Positions 51,613-62,840 of a stretch of DNA of 64,000 nt are shown here, in pieces. Each line of letters opens with the position of its first letter. Positions within the stretch are counted from its first letter, which is position 1. The notes beneath the pieces are model-generated. The model made no database searches. It was not told where the DNA came from and saw nothing but the letters and a program-made list of their open reading frames with translations. Position numbers and translations under genes: made by a program. The stretch spans positions 323,090-387,089 of the forward strand of contig NW_003314316.1 in NCBI RefSeq assembly GCF_000143415.4, read 5' to 3'. The stretch is from Selaginella moellendorffii (Eukaryota > Plantae > Lycopodiophyta).

Positions 51613-52082
51613 TCTTATAAACTGAAAATAAGTTTTAGATTTTTCTAGTCATTAATATAAGACAGCCAAAAGATCATGAATTGCAATCTCAGAAGTTCTT
51701 ACCACAATTAATATACATATTCTCATATCATACAATTATATTTATACATTTAATTTTTATTTCACTTAGCAATAATGTATGGTTTACTTTGAATTTTACC
51801 AATTTATAATATAAAATTTAAATAACAAAAGGCAATATATTCACATAGGTTTCAACTTGACTTGGAGACTGAGGTCTCTTAACTATAAAATAGAAGCTTT
51901 TATATTTTACAGAATATATGAAGTTATTCTTAAATAACTAGATAATAAATAAATAATAATAAAGTTTGTCAGCTGAGAAATCTCCTTTCCATGCTTCTAT
52001 AGGGAAAAAAATATTTCAAGCCAAAGAGTGAAGAATGTTGTATATCTGCACAAAACATAGTATATCCACTATGTTTGCTTAC

Positions 52083-52372
52083 CTCAGGAGTAAGCTGAGC
52101 TCGATCCAGCTCGCGTAGGATCGCGGGAACTCTGGCATTGCTCTCCGGATGACCCTCCTGGAAATCAGGTCCATATTCATGAAAACAGGAAATCTGTCGA
52201 ACTAGAACTTATTACTCACTTGATTGTTGCCCCGAGCAGGAGCTGAGCAGTACAAGATACGTGAATCTTCACTCACAGTTGCTGCAAACGCTGGGGCCTT
52301 GTGACAAGAACGTAAACTCGATCCTGCGAGGACTCGGGACGTGCAAGAAACCATGCCCCACTCACTCGACAT
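52083..52372 (-). pseudogene. 5' fragment (2 exons) of plastid histone deacetylase HDA14-like gene
   Basis: Transit-like N-terminus, RILYCSAPARGNNQ spliced to EGHPESNARVPAILRELDRAQLTPE, then a GT donor with no downstream exons found. Confidence 0.7.
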
Positions 52373-52435
52373 GCCCAACCTAAAAAGTTTCAAGATATCT
52401 TTCACTTGGAACTATTGTATGTTAGAGAAAAAGTT

Positions 52436-54293
52436 TTATTTTCGAAGCAGGCCATTGATAGAGTTAACACTGAGGAAGCCAGCCTTAAGTTTGCCGCTGG
52501 TCATCCTCAAGTCGTCAATTATATAGCTCCAAGTCAAACCCAACACTCCCACAAAGAAATCACACTCGGCTGCCATGACCAAGTTTATAAAGGCCGTGTT
52601 GAACGCTTGCTTGTCTCCAAGCAACGCCATATACTCCGCCATCCTGATCGTTCCAACTTGCCTTGGAACATCACTGTAATAAAACTTCCAGCCTTTGTAC
52701 TCCTTGGATTCATCCACGACGTTCTAAACCATGCAAAAGCTTTGTGATTTCAAATCTTTGTCAATGGCTTTCTTACCTGCATTTCTGTGGAAAGCCACAC
52801 ACTTCTTACGTGTGGGAATCTCTTCCGGAGGACATTAGCGAGCTTCATGTATTCGTCAAAAGAGACTACTCTCATCTCGCTGGCTTTGTCACCCTGTCTC
52901 ACATGAATGCTTAACAGAGGCCGCGGCATCCAAGGTCCATAGTCACTCCACACATGTTCTTCCATGGGATTACTGGAATTACGCTTACTCTCATTTCTTG
53001 TATGCGGCCATTCAGTGCCAAGGGTTTTAAGCACCAGTTTTGCAACTTCTTCCCCAAAGGCTCTATGTCGTTCTTTGTTTAAAAGATTGCACAGATACTC
53101 ACTTGGAAATCGTGTGAGATAGCGAAGTGCCTGTATACGTTAATTCTAGATCATTAGCCTACCATTTGATGAATGAGAAACTTGCCTGAGCTCTCCACCA
53201 CCTTCGATGATTTGTGTGGTAATTTGTCATGAGCTTGTCTTTTACCCCCACAGTTGGTCGCATTGCTTTCCAAGGCTCTCCCCAAAAACTAAAAACCAGA
53301 TAATACTAAGTTACTGTATGAAAAAAACTCTTTTTTCTCACCTTGGTATCTCACCATTCCATTGATCGCCACTAAACTCTTTGATAATTCCCTCGTCCCA
53401 GGCCTGTTTTTGCTCAGCAAGCCGCAATGCCCTTTCCATGCACTCCTCAGAAGCCTCGGGAACAAAGTAGCACGACCAGCGAGCGTGGTTGGATCCTAGC
53501 ATTATTTTAACACTTTGAAAACATCAGCCCGAGATAGTCGATAAAAGAGTTTTGAAACCTGTGCATCCTTTGTGCCTGGCACCGTGGTAATCCTTGGTAA
53601 TGAAAACCCGGCCTTGTATTAGCGCAGCTCCAAGCATTCCGGCCATTGACACCATGTCAGATCCAACTCCTACCGAGTCGCGCGTCTCGTCGTGGTGCCA
53701 AAGTGCGAGAAGAAATCTCGCATCGGTACAGTTTTTCGGGTGTTGGTGCAACCAAATATCACGCTGGACGCGTCGCGTTAACGGGATATTATCGTCATCA
53801 CCGCTAATGACCTGTCCAAGAGCAGCAAAAGGCTACTGAGAAAACCAAGAAAACGAGAAAGATTACCCGATCTAAGAAGAACCTACCTATAAGAGAACTT
53901 ACCCATGCTGATGCTTGTCTCTGAATTCATGTCAAGCTCCTCTTTTTGCTGGTAAAATCCCTTCCAGGATGGATCGTTCCTGCGATCAAACTCTGCAGTC
54001 TCCTGGCTGCATCGCTTGCAATCCTGGATGTGCGGTGCATTGATCGTCACCTCGGGAGGCGTTGCACCGCTCACTCTCGACTACAGATCGCTGCTCCACA
54101 GATCGACCAGGAGTTTTACTCTGCTCGACGCAGCCGAGGTCGAGGAATTAATTGATCTTGGTGCGGGTGTTGGTGTTACACTAGCCTCTTGGCGATCCTG
54201 TTTCATCCAGTTCATTCTGAAACTAATCAAACAACCAAGTTCAAGGACAAGATCCAAAACAGGAGCCATTTCAGGGAATCCTTCTCCTTTCAT
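52436..54293 (-). pseudogene. GT23/FUT8-like fucosyltransferase copy 3 (most complete, but with an in-frame stop and a frameshift near the 5' end)
   Basis: APHIQDC, RRVQRDIWLHQHPKNC, ARWSCYFVPEASEEC, RWWRAQ, PRPLLSIHVRQGDKASEM, AECDFFVGVLG. TAG at 54081-54083 and a frame slip before the donor at ~53903. Confidence 0.8.
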
Positions 54294-54631
54294 CCTTTTG
54301 AGAAATTAGACGAGCACCTAATAGAGATCATGATCCTATAGTACAGTTGACTAATGCGACCATGATGGAGATTTTTTTGTGGAAGTAAATTCACGAACGT
54401 GCTGAACACTAGATTTCTCGTTTCAGCAACAAAACAACAGTAAAGAAGAATAGCTGTCTGATTATACCAAGTGCGTGCGCCACATGTAACGTAAAATACT
54501 CATTTTTACAGTCTGTACCAAAATCGAATCTAGCAAAGAGAAGGGCCGTCCGATCTCCTCCATCCAAGGGTACAGACTAGAAAGCTTAAGATGAGTTTGA
54601 ATGTCAGTCGAGCTTACCTTACTCCAAAACT

Positions 54632-56915
54632 ATGTTTGGGAGCAATGGACTGAGGAAGATTTTTGGGATTGGGGTTACAGCTCTTGTGCTTTTATTCATA
54701 ATAATCGCTAACATTTTGTGGAGTAAGAGTAGTGTTGATTCTTTCTGGCATGTTGGCCCTTCAAAGTCTTTGGTGAAATGGGATGATCACAACAGCACAG
54801 GAGTTTTCATATGGCCAGTCCCCCAAAAACGTCTCCAAGGGATCGATTTCCATGAGACTGTGCACAAAGTTTGCCATAACTCCTCCCAGAACTTTAAAAG
54901 TCTTGCAAGCAGGGATTGATCGCTACACGGTATTGATTCTCAAGCAGAGAAAGCTAAGGATTCCAGCGAAAAAGAATCCACCAGATTTTGTTTTGGACGA
55001 ACTTCGTATCGAGCTCAAGTCATTCAACCAAAGCGTGAGAGAGACAAAAATTTTAACTTATTTTTCTAGGGAGCTCTATCTTGGTGTAGATGAATCGTAT
55101 CGCCTCCAAGTCCCCGACCCTTCAAATTCAAGGGTAGTATTAGCAAAATCTTTGAAGTTGAGCGCTGGTTCACCTCCTTTCTAGCGGCAAGAACTGTCTA
55201 TGGGGCCCTACGAGGACTCGAGGTAGGCTTGAAAACAAAAGTTTTGGATTTGCTAAACTATTTGCATTTTTTATAGACTTTTAGCCAGATTTGCACTTAC
55301 AATGCTGTCGAAAGAGCTGTGCTTTTGCAAGGCTGCCCATGGAACATTTTTGACGAGCCTAGATTTTCATATCGAGGCCTTTTGATTGGTGAGAACTTTT
55401 TTTCTTTAGAACAGACAACGGCCTCTAATTAATTTTCACTCGCTTACCAGATACTGCTCGACACTACTTGCCATTAAAGACGATAGAGAATGTGATCGAC
55501 TCCATGGCCTACGCGAAGCTTGTGAGTTCCAATTTCTCTATCCCTTATATATGAGCCGAGCCCCTTTCTAACTTCTTTGCCTCCAGGATGTCTTGCACTG
55601 GCATGTTGTCGACGAGGAGTCCTTCCCTTTGGAGATTCCATCGTTTCGAAAGGCTCCTACTCTATCTCTCAGCGCTACAACCTCGATGATGCAAAAGCTA
55701 TAGTCAAGTAAGCTATACTTTGAAAGAGAGTGCAAATGTCCATGCTTTTATTCTTATACAGGTATGCTCGATTGCGAGGTATACATGTCATGCCAGAGAT
55801 TGATGTCCCAGGCCACGCTCGCTCATGGTAAACTTCTTCTGCCTCCATTGTAAATTAATAGATTTACTTGCGTGTAGGGGAGTTGGATATCCTGAGCTAT
55901 GGCCCTCTGAAAACTGCAAAACACCTCTGGACATCAGTAAGAATTTCACTTTTGAGGTGATAGATGGCATATTTTCCGGTATGAACATGTTTTATATTGA
56001 ATCAAAATCCTTGTGTCAACTCTATGCTGCCTAGATCTCTCAAAGGTGTTTCCATTCGAGCTCCTTCATATAGGAGGAGATGAAGTTAACACTAGTAAGC
56101 AGCAAATTTTCTTGGTGATTGTCAGCTTATTTTCTGCTAAACAGGATGCTGGGAAATCACAGAACCTGTAAATGACTGGTACGTTAGATTCGGTTTTACG
56201 AAACATCCAACTGTCTGAAGCAGGCTGAGAAAGCACAATTTAACACCTTCACAGGGCTATGAGTTTTTTGTGCTTCAAGTGCAAAAACTGGCCTTGAAAC
56301 ATGGATACGTTCCTGTCAACTGGTAAGGAGATTAGCCATGTCGGATTCCATTAAGTTTTGCTCTCTCTAGGCAAGAACCATTTGAAAAATTTGGACCAAG
56401 TTTGTCAAGGAAAACAATTGTTCACAACTGGTAACTTATCAAAAGGGGTTGTCTCTCTAACTCAGATTGTTCAAATGGCTATTCAGGTGGGGCACTCAAA
56501 TTCCTCCCAACACTGTCAGCTCGGGCCTCAAGAGTATAGTTAGCGAGCAATTTTCATGGTCACATTGATATACCATGGGAGGAGTTTTATTCAAAGGAAC
56601 CATATGATAACATTGCCAGCCACAAAGAACAGCAGTTGATTATTGGAGGTGAGGTTTGTATGTGGGGTGAGAAAGTTGATGCAGCCAATATCCAACAAAG
56701 AATATGGCCAAGGGCAGCAGCGGCGGCAGGCAAGCTAGCTTCACTGTATTTGCTTTCTTGGCTAACAATTTTTATTTTGGCCAGAGGGGCTTTGGAGCCC
56801 ATCTAATGTCACAGGTTTGGGTCCCAAAAATGCTGCTCCTAGGCCTGAATTTTTCAGAAGCCTGCTGAATGAAAGAGGAATAGCTGCTTCTCCAGTGAAA
56901 TCAAAAGAAGGCTGA
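54632..56915 (+). pseudogene. Beta-hexosaminidase (GH20) paralog, frameshifted
   Basis: Same exon structure as 28218-30445 ([24 protein letters not shown]). Frameshift at ~54822, deletions at ~55647 (EIPSF/GSYS) and ~56560 (WYLDH lost). Confidence 0.85.
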
Positions 56916-56970
56916 AGACACCCCAGGGAATATCTAGGAGTTTGCTCTAAAATAGAACCGCTGCCCACAG

Positions 56971-59335
56971 TGAGGACAGGGTATGCTCATAGTGGCTTGA
57001 CGTTCTCTTGCTTCTCGTCGTAAGTCGCTCATTCACACGATCGAGGGCGCTTCGCCGAGGACCTCTTCGTTGAGGCATCTTTTTTCCTTTATTCTCTTCT
57101 CCTCACATATAATTGATCTCCTGTTTTTTCCCCCTTAAGTGTCCCCAATGGTCGTGACCCTAATACTGAAGTGGCGGCAAATGGAATATTCCCTCAGTTC
57201 TACCCCCACCTATTGGCCCGGAGCACACAGCTCCACGGCAGCTTCATCTCGCTCATGGTACTTGCGCAGGCGAGCTCCATTAACACGAGTAGGTAACAAG
57301 TTCCCACTAAGATCTTCAAGCTGAACCGAGCCATTGGTAAAAACTTCAACGATGCGATATGGGCCAAGCCAGCGAATACGGAGTTTCCCAGGCTTTTTCC
57401 AGTGCTTGCTATCGTAAAGGAGAACCTGATCACCAGCAGAAAAATTTTTAGCATGCAAATGACGATCGTACCAGACTTTGCGGCGCTTCTGAAGTGCTTC
57501 GCGAGCTTGGAAAGCGAGAAGTCGACGCTCGTCGAGTTGGAGAAGTGTGTCCAGTCGAGCTTGAAGAGTGTTGTCCCAGTCCAAGTTGTGCTCGACAGCC
57601 ATACGGAGAGATGGAATCTCAAGCTCGAGTGGTAGGATGGCTTCTTGTCCATAAACAAGCTGGAACGGTGAAGCTTTGGTGGTGACCTTGTAAGCAACGC
57701 AGTATGCCCAGAGAGCATCCAACAAGCGTTGATCCCAATCTGTGCGAGAAGCACTGGCAAGCTTCGTGATAATGTCGCACAGTATCTTATTGGTGCGCTC
57801 CACCTGTCCGTTAGCACGAGGGTGATAGGGAGTGGACTTACGATGAGCGATGCCATACTTCTCCACCAAGGTCGCGATCACTTGATTGATAAAGTGAGTA
57901 CCTCTATCGCTCACCAGCTCCAAAGGGCAGCCAAATCTCGTGATGATGTTCTTGTAAAGAAAAGTCGCAACCTTGGCAGCTGTGTCTTCCGTGAGAGCTT
58001 CTGCCTCGGCCCACTTCATGACATAGTCCGTGCACACGAGAATGTAGCGGCAACGGGAAGGATGGCTGGCTGGCTTGATCGGTCCCACAAAATCGATGCC
58101 CCACTTCTCAAAAGGAAGCACCGGAAGTAGAGGATTAAGCGGCATCAGATCACGACGAGTTGGGCGACCAGCACGCTGGCAGGGATCGCAGGTCCAAACG
58201 TAGGCAGCAACATCCTTGTGAAGCGTTGGCCACCAGTAGCCTGCTTGGAGAACCAACCGAATTGTTCCTTGTGAGGAGAAGTGGCCGCCATAAGGTGAGT
58301 CATGGCATGATGCTATGACTGTCTCCACCTCATGAGGAAGGATACAACGGCGTAGAACATCGTCACGGCCAAGGATGTAGAGCTGGCCATGCAGGAGAGA
58401 GTATGGACGAGCCTGGATAATAAGTCGCTTGCGTGCGGTGACCGTAAAGTCAGCAGGGAACTCGCCGGTAGCCAGATAATCTGCAATCCCTTGATACCAT
58501 TCGGGAACAGCGTCGACCGCAAAGAGATCCGTGGTGTCGCAAGAAAACAGAGTTGCATCAGCTGGGTCATCCTCAAGGTCCTGGGAGGAGGGAGGGCCTG
58601 GCAATCGTGAAAGGTGATCGGCCATGGCATGAGCGCGGCCGGGTTTCAGGATCACCTCAAAGTCAAATTCCTGGAGGATGATGAGCCAGCGAGATATGCG
58701 ACCTGTGCTGCAAGGCTTGTTGACGAGGTACTTGAGGGCTTGGTGATCCACGAAAAATTTGAAGTGTGTGCCCAACAGGTAGTGGCGATACTTCTGCAAA
58801 GATCATGCCTAAGCCTTCCCGTTCAGTGGCAGAGTAGTTGCGCTCGGCAGAGGAGAGTTGGCGGCTTGCGTAGAAAATAGGGTGATCGATGCCCTCTCGC
58901 AGCTGGCAAAGAACAGCGCCGACAGCAAAGGCAGAAGCATCCACGTGGACGTGGAAAATAACTGTCCAGTCAGGAACGGCTAAAATCGGAGCAGTGATCA
59001 GAGCTCCCCAGAGAAGCTCAAATGCGTCCTGACACGCTGGTGTCCACTCATAAGGCACGCCGGCCTTCAAGAGTTTCGTCAGAGGCAAAGCTTTAGTTGC
59101 GAAATCGTAGATAAAGCAGCGATGGTAGCCGACATGGCCCAAGAAAGCTTGAAGATCTTTTTTAACGCGCGGTGGTTCCAGGTTCTTCACGATAGCCACC
59201 TTAGCTGGATCCACAGCTAATCCTTCCCAGGAGACCACTCGACCGAGAAGAATGCCACGGGGAATGCCAAACGAACACTTGGAGGGATTTAGAGAAATGC
59301 CATAGAAACAGCAACGTTCAAAACATTTTTCGAGT
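56971..59335 (-). mobile_element. 5'-truncated Ty3/gypsy element (RT C-terminus, RNase H, integrase, PPT, putative short 3' LTR ~56971-57196), related to the 41-48.6 kb family
   Basis: HVHVDAS, YSATEREGLGMI, KWGIDFVGP, SDRGTHF, NGQVERTN, WLGPY; frameshift ~58798; PPT GGTGGGGGTAGAAC followed by TGAGG...CCTCA ends (left LTR edge uncertain). Confidence 0.88.
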
Positions 59336-61661
59336 TTTATGCAATGAGATAATTAGATCTCTAAAATATTGTCAATTTATTGATCTTTGAGTTTAGGCCA
59401 GTATAGGTAAATTGGCTTTGGCACTTCATATGCATGGTGAAATCTTTAGTTATGGGGGTGGCTACTATAGACTAGTCACATCAACTGAATCCTAGTAGCT
59501 GAAACCAAGTAGGACCAAGTAGGAGCTGGTACCATAGGCGGGAACCTTGGCGAGGGAACTTAACAAAAGCCAAGGCAGTGTTGGATGGGTATACGAGGTA
59601 AACTGGCAAATTGGAAAGGAAAAATTTGTGGCTTACAATTTGGTATTGGAGCCTTTTCCTCAATTCTAGCGAAGGATAGAGGCGGATTGCTGGGAGATGG
59701 CAAAGGCAGGGTGGAAGCGAACCAAGGTGGAGATAGAACCTCCTCCAGAGATGGAGCCTCCGGTTGGTGGACAAAGGGTATGTTAGGTTGAGCAAGTTGC
59801 CATATGGGGCGCCGATGCTATTTGTGAAAAAGAAAGATGGATCTATGTGCATGTGCATAGACTACCGGTTGCTCAACAAATATACAAAGAAGAACAAGTA
59901 CCTTTTGCCAAGGATTGAGGACCTGTTTGATAGGTTGGGAAAGGCAAAATACTTCTTGAGGATTGACCTAAGGTCAGAATACTACCAGATCAGGGTAGCA
60001 GAGGAAGATGTCGAGAAGACAATCTGTCGAACGAGGTATGGGAGCTTCGAGTTTCTGGTGATGCCCTTCGGGCTATGCAATGTGCCGGCAACATTTTCAG
60101 CATTGATGAACCATATCTTTGTACCCTATTTGGATCACTTTGTGGTTGTCTATATTGACGACATCCTGATCTATAGCAAAACGCTAGAGGAGCATGCTAA
60201 ACACTTGACGAAAGTGTTTGAGAAACTAAGGGAACACCAACTGTATGCTAAAGAGAGCAAATGTGACTTTGCTCAACAAGAGGTAAAGTTTCTCGGGCAT
60301 GTGGTGGGCAAGGACGGGCTCAAGGTGGACCCTGAGAAGGTCCAAGCGATCCAGGATTGGGAGCGACCATCGAATGTACATGAGTTAAGGGCATTCTTAG
60401 GGTTATGCAACTACTATCAAAAGTTTATCAAACACTATTCGAGAGTAGCCCTGCCCTTAACGGACCAAACGGGAAAAAGGAAGATGGTATGAACAGCGGA
60501 ATGCGAGGTGGCATTCGTCCACCTCAAGGGGAAGTTGAGGAAGGCTCCCGTGTTAGCGTTACTAGACTTTGGTAAGGACTTTGAGGTAGAAACAGATGCT
60601 TCAAACTTTGCGTTGGGCATAGTTTTGAAGCAAGACAACCATCCAGTAGCGTTCTTCTCGAAAAAGTTGGACAAGGCTCAACAGAAGTGGCCTGCCCATG
60701 AGAAGGAATTGTTTGCGGTGGTCAAGGCACTCAAGGAGTGGTGACATTACCTTGGGAGACACTTCAAGGTTTATACGGACAATGTGGCAATGAAACACTT
60801 CTTGTCACAGCCCGACCTGAGGGGAAAACAAGGTTGGTGGGCCAATGCTTTGGCCGAGTTTGATTGTGAGATTCTATACAAGCCTGGGAATGGCAACATC
60901 GTGGCAGATGTGATAAGTCGAAAAGCGAGCTTGAAGTTGGCGATATCTAGCGCGACAGCAACCTTTTGGGATGATGTGCGGACCGCATACGAGAACGATG
61001 GTCTAGCACAAGAAATGTTGCTGAGGAATCTAAAGGCACAGGAAGCTCACCAGAGAGGTGAGCTGCCAACAGAAGAGAAAACGGGCTATGCGGAACGCAA
61101 TGGACTCATATATTACAAGCAAACGAGGTGTATGTTCTAGAAAGGGAACTAAGAAAGGTAGCCTTGGAAGAGTGTCATGACGGACCTCTTGTGGGACACG
61201 GCGGAGTGCCAAGACAATGGGCTTACTCAAGAGGAAATACCACTAGCCAGATATGGCTAAGGATGTCCAAGACTATGTAAAGATATGTCCCACATGTCAG
61301 TAGGTCAAAGCCGTGACTAAGGCTAGTGGGGGCTTGTTACAAAGCATCCCAATTCCAGATCGTCCGTGGAAATGTCTTACAATGGACTTCATCACGGGAC
61401 TTCCCCCAAGCGGGGGGTTCGATGCGATATTCGTGGTGGTGGATAGATTTTCGAAGATGGCACATTTCATACCCACCACAACGGAAGTGGATGCGGAAGG
61501 TGTGGCGAAGCTGTTCTTTGAATAAGTGGTTCGAGTGCGGGGAAGGCCGGAAGAGATTATCTCAGATCGAGATAAAATCTTCACCAGTAGGTTCTGGAGG
61601 ACATTCCTAGAACAGTATCACACCAAGTTGAAATTCAGCACAGCCTATCACCCGTAGACAA

Positions 61662-61708
61662 GTAATGGGTATTAAGTCAAGGTTGATGGCACTAACACTT
61701 CTTGACAG
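61662..61708 (+). other. 47-nt spliceosomal-type intron in the integrase core
   Basis: GTAATG...CTAAC...CTTCTTGACAG; removal restores HPxT(D/N)GQTERVN. Confidence 0.75.
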
Positions 61709-62126
61709 ACGGACAAACGGAAAGGGTGAATAGGCAGCTGGAGGATTATTTGCGATGCTGTGTCTCGGGAGACCATACCAATTGGGTAAGTCATTTGGGA
61801 CTTGCGGAAATGTGTTATAACAACTCACCACATTCGAGCATCGGGGTGAGTCCATGGGAAGTCATCAATGGGCGAGCTATCAAAGGTCCTGCGGAACTCG
61901 GTGTGGCCGAGTATCATGGAGAGTTACCCGCAGTGGAGGCATTCACGGCGGAAAGACTCAACATTTGGAATCTAGTGAGGGATTCCTTGGAACGGGCTCA
62001 ACAAAGGCAAACTAAGTACGCGAACCAGAAGCGCCGGGATGTAGAGTTCCAAGCTGGGGAGAAGGTGTGGCTGAACACCAAGAACCTCAGGCTACCAAGT
62101 GGGATCAGCCGGAAGTTGACCCAAAG

Positions 62127-62174
62127 GTAAAAATGCATGTATTCTTGTAAATTGATCTTGAGTTCCTTAAACAG
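62127..62174 (+). other. 48-nt spliceosomal-type intron before the GPY motif
   Basis: AG|GTAAAA...TTCCTTAAACAG|G; removal restores RKLTQRFTGPYEI. Confidence 0.8.
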
Positions 62175-62840
62175 GTTCACGGGGCCATACGAGATTGAGG
62201 CTCGAATCGGTAAAGTGGCTTACCATTTTCGACTTCCTCGAGAGATGGGGAAGATGAATCCTGTGTTCCACGTGAACTTACTCAAGACGTATTTTGAGGA
62301 TTCGCTTCGCAAGGACCAAGTAAGACTTTTACCTTAGGTTATCCAAGGGGAAGAGGAATACGAAGTCGAAGCCATCCTTAATGCGCGCAAGAGCAAGCGA
62401 CAAGAATGCGAGGAGAGAGAGTTCCATGTGAAGTGGAAAGGATTTCCACACTGCGAAGCAACATAGGAACCGGAGGCGAACTTAGCGAATGCGCGAGATC
62501 TAGTGGAGGAATTTCTGCAAGACAGAACTCTATGTACTTATGCAAAGTTCAATTAAAAGTATCAATTTGAGAAGTTGAGCATTGGCATATGTTGGGACCC
62601 GAAGGCGCGCCGAAGGTAAGCTAATTAGCATGGGTTAGCTAAGTCGACCAGACGTAGGGGAACTACGCCCGACTCCTTGCAGGGATGTCAAATCCGTAGA
62701 CATATTCTACGAAGGTTGGGTTCGAGTCCCAACCCCCTAGTAAAGCAAGGCTGGGTTCAAGTCCCGACCCTATACTAGGGCATGGTGAGGAGAGGAGTAT
62801 AGGGACACCTATATTCCGTTGTCATGGGCTCGTGGCCAGG

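Noticed and set aside
62714-62769. tRNA gene
   Set aside because: Only T-arm-like hairpins; no acceptor, D or anticodon arms. Reported as a structural finding instead.
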